In this document: positions 1 to 13,300 of the stretch, piece by piece
Numbering within the stretch: position 1 is the stretch's first letter
Layout: each line of letters opens with the position of its first letter
From: the human T2T-CHM13v2.0 reference genome, Homo sapiens
Strand: one strand, 5' to 3'
NCBI RefSeq assembly: GCF_009914755.1
Contig: NC_060947.1
DNA: 64,000 nucleotides
Notes under the pieces: model-generated
Told to the model about the DNA's origin: nothing
Databases searched by the model: none
The model's input: the letters and a program-made list of their open reading frames with translations, nothing else
Program-made: the position numbers and the translations under genes

Positions 1-127
1 TGTGTTGTTGTCTGTTTTTGATGTTGTTGGACTTTTGTTTGTTTTTTTTTTAACCAGTCCACTTGCTTTTGTTGAGAAACTCCTACAGTCTTTGGAATGA
101 TGTAAGGCAAATGTGACTCCCCTGGCC

Positions 128-301
128 AGGTCAGCCTTCACGGGCATGCAGCTTGTGAAGTCACCCAGGGACCTGTGTTTACAAAAGCGCCATATTGGTT
201 TACTGGTCTGTAGTTACCATGTTGCTCTTCTTCATACAGTTGAGACGAGGGGTCCCACATTTTTGTTTTGCACGGGACCTTGCCAACTCTGTCACTGATC
301 T
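128..301 (+). mobile_element. MER91A-like DNA transposon remnant (unit A)
   Basis: Resembles the recalled MER91A consensus (cttcatgggcgtgc...cattttcattttgcac); paralogous copy in unit B. Confidence 0.6.
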
Positions 302-512
302 AGACACCTGCTTTAGTTTAATTTGATATTAAGCAATGTAGCCGGAAGATGATGGAAGAAAGTTGGCAGGAGGCTGTGTGTACGGTTATCCCTGTCATGA
401 CAAGCAACAAGCTCCAACTTTTACCTGGTCCGTCAGCCATCTCTATGCAAATTGATGTTTCATTTCTTTACTCCAAGACACTCATGATTGCAACTCTCAT
501 TGTCACAAACAG

Positions 513-581
513 ACGACCCAGCACCTCTTAATTCACCCAAGCTGAAGCCAAATGCGAACCCTGAGCAGCCTGGATTCATTG
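513..581 (+). pseudogene. CD99P1: CD99 exon-5-like exon, copy A (69 nt, phase 1-1)
   Basis: acaaacAG|ACGACCCA...TTCATTG|GTAAGT; reads (D)DPAPLNSPKLKPNANPEQPGFI(G), no stop. Confidence 0.9.
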
Positions 582-1162
582 GTAAGTGCTTCTCACTCTA
601 TAGGTTGTCTGTATGTTGTCCACGGTAGAGTGGTATCCACATCAGATGGACGACAGGCTTTCAGATGAGCAGGTGCTTGCTATTGACTTTCTGTACAGTT
701 ACTCCAGTGGGCAGGGAGTGAAATACAGTTTTCTGAAATAGATATTTGACTTGCGTTCTATTTTTAGTTTGCTGATTTTACTTCCAAGATTGTATGGAAC
801 TTCTAAAACACTGAGCACAAGATTTTCTTATGAACTTGGTATAGAGAAAATGGCCTGTGCATTCCCTGTAGAGAAACTTGGGTGTTTTTGATGTTTTTGC
901 CCTTGAATATTTGTATCAGCTATTTTGACACATGACAGCATTCTCAGGTAATCTGACTAGCAACTGTTTTTTGAACTGAATTGTTGTGAAACATTCAGGT
1001 TTTTAGTTCTTTTTTGTTTTTAATTTTTAACACAGAAACATAAATAATGTTCATATCCTCTTGGCATTGTGATGGTTATTTGCGCTTATATTTTATATAT
1101 CAGTTTAAATGAAGCAAACGTTAAGTAATAAAGCCAGTCTTTTGTTCATACTGCATTGTAAC

Positions 1163-1483
1163 ATTATTATTATTATTTTTATTATTATTATTATTTGAGA
1201 TGGAGTCTCGCTGTGTTGCCCAGGCAGGAGTGCAGTAGCGTGATCTCGGCTCACGGCAACCTCTGCCTCCTGGGTTCAAGCAATTCTCCTGCCTCAGCTC
1301 CTGAGTAGCTGGGATTACAGGCATGCACCACCATGCCCGGCTAATTTTTTTGTGTGTATTTTTAGTAGAGACAGGGTTTCACCATGCTGGTCAAGCTGGT
1401 CTCGAACTCCTGACCTTAGGTGATCTGCCCACCTCGGCCTCCCAAAGTGCTGGGATTACAGGCATGAGCCACTGAGCCTGGCC
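1163..1483 (-). mobile_element. Alu (S-type) with (TTA)n-derived tail
   Basis: Full dimer in reverse orientation ending ...gagcctggcc. Confidence 0.95.
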
Positions 1484-2975
1484 TATTTTATACTTATTAA
1501 TAGTCACTGAACATTTGCTCATGTCATTTTATCATTTATATCATATGACATTTACTGTCAATTATATTCTATATAAATATATAATACATTAATTTATTTA
1601 ATCCCTAATGTTTAAAATATTGTGTCTTCTGACTTTTTAGAATTATGAATTACAAAGCAAATTTGAGTCAACTTCATCTACTTTTTTTTTTTTTATTATT
1701 CCTTTGAAGAGATTTCTGGCATTCAAATTGTCTAGATGAATGTATATGAGTCCTTTTATAGTATTTGACCTGGTTCGTCATTTGCCCCAGAATCGTCCCA
1801 GTTTATTTTGATGATGGTGTGTGCAGATGTCTGTCTTCACACCATCTCTATACTGGTTATCACCTGCAAAACCTTTGTCACATAGTGTAAGGATTATATC
1901 AAACTTGTCTTAGTTTCGCATCTCTAATTCTGAAATTTAAAAAAAAATAGTGCATTCCAGTTGGCCATGGTTACTTCTTTTGTGTATTGGATGTTATCCC
2001 CTTTATTCTTAAATTCTCATATGTACCTACTGATTTATAAGTCTTCTTCAGTTATTTATGGATATTAAAGATTATCAGCCACTTACTATGAAAATGTTTT
2101 TGCTATTTATTTTTGCCTTTTAATATTTTTAACAGGAATGTTTCATAAGCAAGACCTATTTTTTTATGGTGTCTTATGTTTGTGTTGGTTTTCTGGTTTT
2201 GTGACTTTTATTTTAATGGAGAATAATTTTGCCATTGTGTCTCCTGCTTGGGAGAAGTAAAACTGTCTTTTTAATTTCATTTGAATTGTCTTCAAACATA
2301 AGTTGATCAAAGAAGTTGTGAAACATTTTCAAAGTTGAGCTTTTTCCTTGAGATTTGATGCATCTGTTTCTCCTGATGATTTTTGTCAATGGATTTCTCA
2401 ATTGTTTTTTGTTTTTGTTTTTGTTTTTTGTTTCTCTGAATCTATTTCTAAGTCCACTATTTTTCTGTTTATCTCTATACTATAATATACAAAGGATTTT
2501 GTGTATTTTTCTTTACGATCCACAAATTGTTTGCAAATTATTTTTTTTTAATTTCCCCTTTTCTATATTTGTACATTTTGTTTACAGTTTATTTGTAATT
2601 TGGTTGTACTGTCTTTGCTAGATAAACCCAGGACAGCTTTTCATATGTAGAATTGTAAATACAGTAAACAGCTTTTATTTCAGGCTTTAGGGCAAAAACC
2701 CAGAGAGATTCACCTTTAAATAAAGTAAATCACTTCAAAAAGCCTCTTTCTACTCCAGTATACTTTTTTTTCCCTAAACGTATAATAGTATAGTTTCTCA
2801 TACCATGAAATTTCTTATTTATATATAATATATTTGACTAATTATTTGATTTTTATTGATTACTCATGTACTCTTACATAGTTTTGTAAAAATGTTGGAT
2901 TTGATGTAGCCCCTCATGTTTCTTTTATTTAAGTCTCCTTGTTATCCCCTTTCAATATAAAAATTTCCCCAACCT

Positions 2976-3305
<330 letters not shown>

Positions 3306-3775
3306 TTAAAACTAGAAGGCAAACTCTGAAACCATGGTGAGTTTTCACGTCAGTTTGTCCAGCATAAATGGGTTGGCAGAGTCACTATTTAGACACCCTC
3401 TAACCCCTCTTAGGGCCTCCCTGGTGGAAGGTGTTGGTTACCTGGGGGGAGATGATATTTGGACAGGAAATCAACAGGAGAGAACCATGTGCAGGTTAGA
3501 GTTGGAATTCCAACTCTGTCCAGGCAGCACAATTGATTTATAAATTATTTTATTTCTCTCTCTCTGGCTCTCATCTTTTGTTCTTTTCATCAGAAGGGAG
3601 AGTGATGTGAAAATGATCAGGAATTCACTTTTTCTATTGAGATTCTGGTTAGAGGGATATCCAGAAAAGTATTTAGGAACGTGGGGTTATGGTGTTTTCT
3701 GCATCTGTTTACGAGATCATTTCTTCCTCATTTCTCTCAGAACTTTGGTGTTAACAGCCTGTTTCCCTCCTTTAG

Positions 3776-3820
3776 GGGATGACTTTGACTTAGCAGATGC
3801 CTTACATGACAAAGGAAACT
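3776..3820 (+). pseudogene. CD99P1: CD99 exon-4-like exon, copy A (45 nt, phase 1-1)
   Basis: ccctcctttAG|GGGATGAC...GGAAACT|GTGAGT; reads (G)DDFDLADALHDKGN, containing the CD99-family FDLxDA motif. Confidence 0.92.
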
Positions 3821-4077
3821 GTGAGTAACTCCTTAAACTCTCCACTGTGGCTGACTTGCTTATTATCACCAAATTATTATTGTTTCCAAAAAACGTATCT
3901 CTTGTGAATGATCAATGAAACCTGTTTGCACAGTGGAAAGTTAGGGAGTAGGTGTGTTGTTGTTTGTTTTGGATATTGTTGGACTTTGTTTTTGTTTTTA
4001 CCAGTATGCATAGTTTTATTTTAAAACTCTCACAGTCTTTGGAATGACGTAAGGCAAATCTGACTCCCCTGGCCAAG

Positions 4078-4250
4078 TTAGGCTTCATGAGTGTGTGACT
4101 TGTTCGATCACCCAGGGACCCATGCTTACAAGGGTGCCATATTGGTTTATGAGTCTTTAGTTGTCATCTTGAAATTCTTAATATTCAGTTGAGCAAGGAT
4201 TTCTGCATTTTCATTTTACACAGTACCTTGCCAATTCTGTAGCTGATCTG
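4078..4250 (+). mobile_element. MER91A-like DNA transposon remnant (unit B)
   Basis: ggcttcatgagtgtg...gtcatcttgaaattcttaata...gcattttcattttacac. Confidence 0.62.
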
Positions 4251-4470
4251 AAAAGCTGCCTGATAGGTTTTATTGAAAATGCTTTATCAGTACTGTAGCT
4301 GGAAGATGTTGGAAGGATATTGGCAGGAGGCTGTGTGTATGGGTATCCCCACCATGACAAAGAACAAGGTCCAATTTTTATATGTTTAGTGAACGTCTGC
4401 ATGCAAATTGATGTTTCATTTTCTTCACTTCAAGGCACTCATAATCTCAACTCTCATCTTTTACAAACAG

Positions 4471-4539
4471 ACGAGCCAGCACCACTGAACCCACCCAAAC
4501 CAAAGCCAAATCCAAACCCCAAGCAGCCTGATTCCACCG
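4471..4539 (+). pseudogene. CD99P1: CD99 exon-5-like exon, copy B (69 nt, phase 1-1)
   Basis: ttacaaacAG|ACGAGCCA...TCCACCG|GTAAGA; reads (Y)EPAPLNPPKPKPNPNPKQPDST(G). Confidence 0.92.
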
Positions 4540-5500
4540 GTAAGAGCCTCTAACCCTATGGGTCATCTGTATGTTGTTTACAGGACAGTGATATCCATGT
4601 CAGCTGGGAGATTTCACATGAAACCTGTGCTCACTCTTCACTCCTTGTACAAGGAAATTCCAAAACCTAGTTTTCAACTATATAATTTTGATTTGGATTA
4701 TATTTTTAGCGTCCTGATTTTACTTCTAAGATTTTAAGATTTAAGTCATAAATCTTAAATAGAATCTTAAATTCTGAGCTTTTTGGATTCCACCTCTAAA
4801 AAGTTGAATACGAGGTTTTAAATACAGACATGATATGAAGGAAGGGATAGTTGCATTCCCAGTGGAGAGGTGAGTGCTTTTCAAATAGTTAGATCGTTAG
4901 TGATTTTTTTTTGTTTACATGCTTGTTTAACTTGTAACACAGAAAAATATAACTAGTGTCCAAATCCTGTTGACAGTTTGATAGTTATGTGCTAGTAACG
5001 TTATTTTTGGCATATTCATATTTCTTGATGATTTTCTTATGTCATTTAAGTCTTTCTAACATGACTTTTACTGTCCATTTTATGTCCTTATTTATTTCCC
5101 ACATAATTATATACTTCAATATTTAATTTTGACAATGTTATGTTTCTTCTAACATTTTAGAATTATGGATTTCAAAGTCAATTTGAATCAACTTTATGCA
5201 CTTGTTTTTATTCCTTCGAATCAATTTCTAGAATGCAAATTGTTCAGATCAATGTGTATGAGTACCTCTGTAGTTTTGACCTGGTTCTGAAATTGGCCCA
5301 GAATTATATGAATTTATTTTGATGCCAGGGATATGTGCAAATGTCCCTTTCTTCCCACCATCGTTACTGCTGCTGATCACCTAGAAAACCTTTGTCATGT
5401 ACTATCACATGTAACATTAATCTTTGCCTAGTTTCAGTTCTTTAGTTCTGCAATTTAAAAAAAAATAGTAAATAGTACATCAATTTGCCACGTATACTTC

Positions 5501-5817
5501 TTTTTTTTTCTTTTTTTTTTTTTTGAGATACAGTCTCGCTCTGTCGCCAGGCTGGAGTGCAGGAGCACCATCTCAGCTCACTGCAACCTCTGCCTCCCGG
5601 GTTCAAGCAATTCTACTGCCTCAGCTCCCAAGTAGCTGGGACTGCAGGTGCATGCCACCATGCCCGGCTAATTTTTTTGTTTGTTTGTTTGTATTTTAGT
5701 AGAGATGGGGTTTCACCATGTTACCCAGGCTGGTCTCCAACTCCTGAGCTCAGGCAGTCCACCCGCCTCGGCCTCCCAAAGTGCTAGGATTACAGGCATG
5801 AGCCACTGCGCCCAGCC
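5501..5817 (-). mobile_element. Alu (S-type)
   Basis: Poly(T) then reverse Alu; TSD tacttctt; empty site at ~1970-1990. Confidence 0.95.
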
Positions 5818-6056
5818 TACTTCTTCTATATGTATTGATTACTTTGCCTTTATTCTTATCTTCCGATATGTCTGTATTGTTTTATAAACGTTCCTCATTT
5901 TTTTATAGACATTAAATATTGCCAACCATTTACTATGAAAATGCTTTTTCATCTTATTTTTGCCATTGAATAGTTTAACAGTATTTTTTGACAGGCAAGT
6001 CTTCAAATTTTTATTCATGGTGTCTTATATTTGTCGGAGCTTTCTGATTTTGGTGA

Positions 6057-6351
<295 letters not shown>

Positions 6352-7687
6352 GACGTTTTTTCCTTTGAACTTCAGAACCAACATGCCTGCAAAATTGAGA
6401 TTTTTCTTGATATTCGATGTACCTCTTTCCCTGATGATTTCTTTTAATGCATTCCTAGTTTTTTCTTTTTTTTCATTTTTCTGGATATATTTTTATGCCC
6501 ACTATCTTTCTGTTTATTTTTGTTACATAGAAAGGATTTAATATATTTTTCCTTACTATATCCTGAACTATGATCCCTTATTAAATTTCTATTTTTTTCT
6601 CATTTCTTATCTTTCTAAGAAGACAATCATATTATTTGCACATGATTTTTAAATATTTTTCAATTTTCTATCTTTATATGTTCTCTTTACATTTTATTTG
6701 TATTTTTGTTGTATTACCTTTGATAGTAAACCCAGGACAGGTTTAAATATGAGTGAAGAGAGCAGATATTTTAAATTCCTGACTTTAAAGCAAAAACCCA
6801 AAGATACTCACCTTTAAATAAAATAAATTGCTTTTTTAAAAAATGTAGTCATTTCAGGAAGGGTCATTCTATTCTGGTATACATTTTTCCCCAAATATAT
6901 AATATTATTGGTTTTCATACCATGAGGTTTCTTATTTCTTTATATATATATATATATATTTGGATAATCATCTGGTTTTTATTGATTACTCATTAAAACC
7001 ATGTAAGTTATTGATTACTCATTGAAACCATGTAAGTATATTCTTACATGGTTTTGGAAAAATGTCGGATTTGATGTAGCCCCTCATGTTTCTTTTATTT
7101 AAGCCTCCTTATTATCCCCTTTCAGTGTAAAAATTTCTCCAGCCTTAGTCAGGATTTGAAAAGCTTAAAACTAGAAGGCAACCTCTGAAACCACGGTGAA
7201 TTTTCACGTCAGTTTGTCCAGTACGTCTGGGTTGATAGAGCCACCTTTTAGACACCCTCTAGCCCAAATCTGATCATAGTCATGTGTCCCCACCTTTTAG
7301 GGCCTCCGTGGCGGAAGGTGTTGGTTACCTGAAGGGAGATGGTGATGGGATGGGAAATCAACAGGAGGGAATCCTGTGTTGGCAGAGTTAGAGTTCCAAC
7401 TTCGTCCAGCCAGCACAGTTCATTTATAAATTACTTTGTTTCTCTCTCTCTCTCTCCCTCTCTTTCCACCCCTGACTCTTGCTCTCATCTTTTACTCTTT
7501 GTGTCTGAGAGAAGAGTGATGTGAAAATGATCAGGAATTCACTTTTTCTTATGAGGTCCTGGTCACAGTGATACTTAGAAAACACTTAAGAACTTAGGCC
7601 TGTGGTGTTTTCTCCATCTGCTTCCAGGTCATTTCTTCCTCATTTCTCTCAGAACTTTGGTGTTAACAGCCTGTTTCCCTTCTTTAG

Positions 7688-7733
7688 GGGATGACTTTGA
7701 TTTCACAGATGTTTCTTCATGGTGAACGAAACA
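7688..7733 (+). pseudogene. CD99P1: CD99 exon-4-like exon, copy B, frameshifted (46 nt)
   Basis: tctttAG|GGGATGAC...GAAACA|GTGAGT; one base longer than copy A; reads (G)DDFDFTDVSSW then TGA at 7723-7725. Confidence 0.88.
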
Positions 7734-7795
7734 GTGAGTAACTCTTTAAAGTCTCCTCTGTTGCCGAATTGCTTATAGTTTGTTTGTGTTTTTGG

Positions 7796-8950
7796 AGTGC
7801 TGTAGGAAGAGCAGTGATGAAGGTTTGAGGCTTCTAGATGCTTCCATATTAGTTGCCTGGGGCTCAGGCAGGGGCACACATGTGGACCCCTGGGGGGACA
7901 TGACAGTTGAGCTAACAGCTGAGGAATGAGGATGACTTATATCCCAAGGAGTGGGTCAAAGGGTGTTTTGTGTAGCAAGTGTGGCATGTGCAAAGGGCCT
8001 GTGGTCAATGGAACTGAGGGTGCCTGTGGGGCTCAGTGAGGGGGAAAAGAGGAAGTCAGGCATGGCATGGGATGGAGGGGAACAGAGTGAGGCTACAGTC
8101 AGTGCCCAGTCTTGAAAATGTCCCTTCGAGTGTCCCTAGGGGCCATCCTTGTTTTCAGTGCTTATTACCCCTGCTCCCCTCTGCTTGCTCCCAGAGAGCT
8201 GTCTCCTGCCTCCCAGCTCTGCGTCTCAGATCCTGGCTCTGATCCCACGCTGCTGTTGCTTACACTCATGTACCCATTGCTAATGTCATCATTCCCTTCG
8301 GCAGCTAAGTGCAAAGTTAATTTCCCATTTGAAAAGCAGTCTGTACTAATAACAATCAACTGGGAGACCCAAAAGAGTGCAGTTAAAGAGAAAAAAAAAA
8401 ATCAAACTTTCCCTCAAAAGAAACCAGTGATACCATTTGGGTCCACCTCCCTGAGGTTTGAAAGCCTCTCCGTTAGTGTTAGTTGCTTTTAGGCCTCTTC
8501 TTGCTGCATTAGCAAGGTGTATCTTTCTCTTTATATGCAGACAGTGCCCTCTTCTGGTGGGAGGCTCTCAGTGTCTGTCTACAAATCCATGACCCAAGAG
8601 GTAGAGGGGTCCCAACGGTCCCACTTAACTTCTGCCAAAGTGGTGCCCTTGGGAATCCCCAACTTCCTGTGCCCACCTGTTCTAGCTACTTGGTTCACTT
8701 TGACCCAGCTCTTCAGGGGTGATACCCTCCCTCATCAGGCTCCCAGATCCCATCAGGTGTTGAAACCCCATGTGATAGGTGAAATACTGGTCCCCAGAGA
8801 TGCCCACATCCTAACCCCTTGATCATGTAAATGTGTGACCTTATGCAACACATGGGACTTTGCAAATGGGATTACATTAAGGATCTTGACATGGGACGAT
8901 TATTTAGGATGAGCTGTGTAATTACAGTGGAATCACAGGTTCCTTAGAGA
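7796..8950 (+). repeat. Inverted duplication, left arm (L2-like remnant, unique core, MLT1 5' part)
   Basis: Reverse complement of 25755-27704, e.g. gatcctggctctgatcccacgctgctgttgct (8229) vs agcaacagcagcgtgggatcagagccaggatc (26916). Confidence 0.9.
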
Positions 8951-9799
8951 GGCCTGCATCAGAGGATGAAGGAGTTGTTCACATGTGGAAAGAGACAGAA
9001 ATAAAAGTGGAGAGGACCATTGAAAAAAAAAGTCATTGAAAGACTTTGGCACCCAGGTTGCCATGGCTGCCCCCAGCCCTTCAAATTCTCCTAAAGCCCC
9101 AAATGATCTTTCCCTGGAAGATGCACCAGCCCATTGGATAGCTTAGATGCAGCTGTTGGAGGGTGGATCTAGCCTGTGAGGACCCAGTAACCTGGACCCA
9201 ATACATGACAACAAGGATTGAATGAGTGGTCGTTTACTGCTGAGTAATTGCTGGTTTTCCTGGCTACCTGGGCCCTGGGTCACATGGATGAGAGGGCTGG
9301 AAAAAATGATTATCAGCACAGAGTCCCAGAATCTCTGTGACTTCTGGTCACAGATATTTTGAGTGTATGTGTAGAAAAAAGCAGTTGTTCCTACACATTC
9401 AGTGTCAGAAGTGAAGGATGAGAGGGGAGAGGGGTGTGCATGTCAAAGGAAAAAACAGCTTTTCCCCCCTGTACGTGAGGTCACAGCAAATTTGCAAGAT
9501 TCAGTGCATGGTGAGAGAAGCAGGCAGCCGCTGACATCCAGGGGCTGGCCTGGCTCCCGCTACCTGGCTTGGGGTTTCCTGTTGGACCTAAGAAATGTCA
9601 CAGACAGGACATTTTTAAAGTCAATAAGAAATGTCAGACAAGAGCACTGTGATGAAGTCAAGAGACCGTGGGTTGTGCTTTGGCTGGTTCTTGATTTATT
9701 TCTGCTCAAGGCAATCAGTATGCCAAGGTGGCATATTTCAGAGTGTCACGTAATGATCTACATTCTTATTCAGGGTGGGGTGTCCTGTACCCCATCAAC

Positions 9800-10310
9800 T
9801 GGAAGGTTGTAGCACTTCCTGCTTTCTAGACATGGTAAATGAACTCCCTGGGTCACTGGGAAAGTTGTAGCACTTCCTGCTTCCTGGAGATGGTAAATAA
9901 ACTTTCTGTGTCACATGGGAGGTTGTAGCACTTCCTGCTGCCCAGAGATGGTCAATGAACTTCCTGAGTCACTGGGAAGGTTGTAGTACTTCCTGCTTCC
10001 TGGAGATGGTAAATAAACGTCCTGGGTCACTGAGGAGGTTGTAGCACTTCCTGCTTTCCTAGAGATGGTCAGTGAACATCCTGGGTCACTGGGGAGGTTG
10101 TAGCACTTCCTGCTTCCTAGAGATGGTCAATGAACTTCCTGGAGATGTTAAATAAACTTCCTGGGTCACTAGCGAAGTTTGTAGCACTTCCTGTTTCCTG
10201 GGGATGGTAAGAGAACTTCCTGGGTCACTGGGGAGGTTGTAGCACTTCCTGCTTCCTAGACATGATAAATGAACTTCCTGGGTCATTGGAAGGTTGCAGC
10301 ACTTTCTAGT
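9800..10310 (+). repeat. Minisatellite subarray 1, 58-bp period, about 9 copies
   Basis: ttgtag recurs at 9807, 9865, 9923 and 9981; unit ~gggaggttgtagcacttcctgcttcctagagatggtcaatgaacttcctgggtcact. Confidence 0.93.
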
Positions 10311-13300
10311 TTAGAGGGACATTATAACACTTCCTGGTTTATCTGGAGATTGTAATGCTTTCTGATTCATAGGGACATTGTAAAACTTTCTGGCTCACAT
10401 TGTTACATTTCCTGGTTCAAATGGATAATAGTAGCACTTCCTGGTTCACAGGGACATTGTGACACTTCCTGGTTCTTATGGGTAATTGTAGCATTTCCTG
10501 GTTCACAGGGACATTGCAACGCTTTTTGGTTCATACACATAATTGTTAGCACTTCCTGATTCCCAGGGACATTGCAACACTTCCTGGTTCATAGGGATAA
10601 TTGTAGCACTTCCTGTTTCATAGGGACATTGTAATACTTTCTGGTTCATACGAATAACTCTAGTACTTCCTGGTTCATATAGATAATAGTAGCAATTCCT
10701 GGTTCACATGGACATTGCAACACTTCCTGTTTCACAGAGACATTGCAACACTTCCTGGTTCATTCTGATAATTGTATAACTTCCTGGTTTGCAGGGACAT
10801 TGTAACACTTTCTGGTTCATATGGATAATAGCACTTCCTGGTTCATAGGGACATAGTAACATTTCCGGGTTCATACATACGGATAATTGTAGCACTTCCT
10901 GGTTCATACGGATAATTGTAGCACTTCCTGGTTTGCAGGGACATTGCAATACTTCCTGGTTCATATGGATAATTGTAGCACTTCTTAGTTTTTAGGATCA
11001 TTGTGACACTTCCTGGTTCATAGTGACACTGCCACACTTTCTGGTTCATATGGATAATTGTAGAACTTCCTGGTTCATAAAGACATTTGGAACCGTCTGG
11101 TTCATAGGGATAATTGTAGCACTTCCTGGTTCGTAGGGACATTGCCACACTTCCTGGTTCATCTGGATAATTGTAGCACTTCCTGGTTCATAGGGAAATT
11201 GTGACACTTTCTGGTTCATAGTGACATTGCCACACTTCCTGGTCCATGTGGATAATAGTAGCACTTCCTGGTTCGTAGGGACCTTACCACACTTCCTGGT
11301 TCATCCAGATAATTGTAGCACTTCCTGGTTCATAGGGATATTGCCACACTTTCTGGTTCATATGGATAATTGTAGCACTTCCTGGTTCATATGGATAATA
11401 GTAGCACTTCCTGGTTCACAGGTACATTACAACACTTCCTGGTTCATTCAGATAATTGTAAAACTTCCTAGTTTGCAGGGACATTGTAACACTTTCTGGT
11501 TCATATGGATAATTGTAGCACTTCCTGGTTCATAGGGAAATTGTGACACTTTCTGGTTTATAGTGACATTGCCACACTTCCCGGTCCGTGTGGATAATAG
11601 CACTTCCTGGTTCGTAGGGACATTGCCACACTTCCTGGTTCATCCAGATAATTGTAGCACTTCCTGGTTCATCGGTAAATTGTGACACTTTCTGGTTCAT
11701 AGTGATATTGCCACACTTCCTGGTTCATAGTGACATTGCCACACTTCCTGGTCCATGTGGATAATAGTAGCACTTCCTGGTTCATAGGGACATTGCCACA
11801 CTTCCTGGTTCATCCAGATAATTGTAGCACTTCCTGGTTCATAGGGATAGTGCCACACTTCCTGGTTCATAAGGATAATAGCACTTCCTGGTTCACAGGT
11901 ACATTACAACACTTCCTGGTTCATTCAGATAATTGTAGAACTTCCTAGTTTGCAGGGACATTGTAACACTTTCTGGTTCATATGGATAATTGTAGCACTT
12001 CCTGGTTCATAGGGAAATTGTGACACTTTCTGGTTCATAGTGACATTGCCACACTTCCTGGTCCGTGTGGATAATAGCACTTCCTGGTTCATAGGGACAT
12101 TGCCACACTTCCTGGTTCATCCAGATAATTGTAGCACTTCCTGGTTCATAGGGATATTGCCACACTTTCTGGGTCATATGGATAATTGTAGCACTTCCTG
12201 GTTCATATGGAAAATAGCACTTCCTGGTTCACAGGGACATTACAACACTTCCTGGTTCATTCAGATAATTGTAGAACTTCCTAATTTGCAGGGACATTGT
12301 AACACTTTCTGGTTCATGTGGAGAATTGTAGCACTTCCTGGTTCATAGGGAAATTGTGACACTTTCTGGTTCATAGTGACATTGCCACACTTCCCGGTCC
12401 ATGTGGATAATAGTAGCACTTCCTGGTTCATAGGGACATTGCCACACTTCCTGGTTCATCCAGATAATTGTAGCACTTCCTGGTTCATAGGGATATTGCC
12501 ACGCTTTCTGGTTCATATCGATAATTGTAGCACTTCCTGGTTCATATGGATAATAGTAGCACTTCCTGGTTCACAGGTACATTACAACACTTCCTGGTTC
12601 ATTCAGATAATTGTAGAACTTCCTAGTTTGCAGGGACATTGTAACACTTTCTGGTTCATATGGATAATTGTAGCACTTCCTGGTTCATAGGGAAATTTTG
12701 ACACTTTCTGGTTCATAGTGACATTGCCACACTTCCCGGTCCGTGTGGATAATAGTAGCACTTCCTGGTTCATAGGGACATTGCCACACTTCCTGGTTCA
12801 TCCAGATAATTGTAGCACTTCCTGGTTCATAGGGATATTGCCACACTTTCTGGTTCATATGGATAATTGTAGCACTTCCTGGTTCACAGGGACATTACAC
12901 ACTTCCTGGTTCATTCAAATAATTGTAGAACTTCCTAGTTTGCAGGGACATTGTAACACTTTCTGGTTCATATGGAGAATTGTAGCACTTCCTGGTTCAT
13001 AGGGACATTGTAACATTTCCAGGTTCATATGGATAATTGTAGCACTTCCCAGTTCATAGGGACATTGTAATACTTCCTGGTTCATACGGATAATTGTAGC
13101 ACTTCTTAGTTTTTAGGGATATTGTGGAAGTGCTACTATTATCCATATGAACCAGGAAGTGCTACAATTATCCATACGAACCAGAAAGTGTTGCAATATC
13201 CTTATGAACCAGGAAGTGCTACAATTATCCAGATGAATCAAGAAGTGTGGTAATGTCCCTGTGAACCAGGAAGTGATACAATTATCCATATGAACCAGGA

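Noticed and set aside
3721-3775. Alternative acceptor tttctctcAG at 3739-3740, also present in unit B at ~7651
   Set aside because: It would add 35 nt and break the frame, and nothing in the sequence shows it is used; not listed as a feature.
3607-4553. ORFs 3607-3828 and 4320-4553 as stand-alone CDSs
   Set aside because: Only their last 15-23 codons, the CD99-like exons, are meaningful; the rest is intron.
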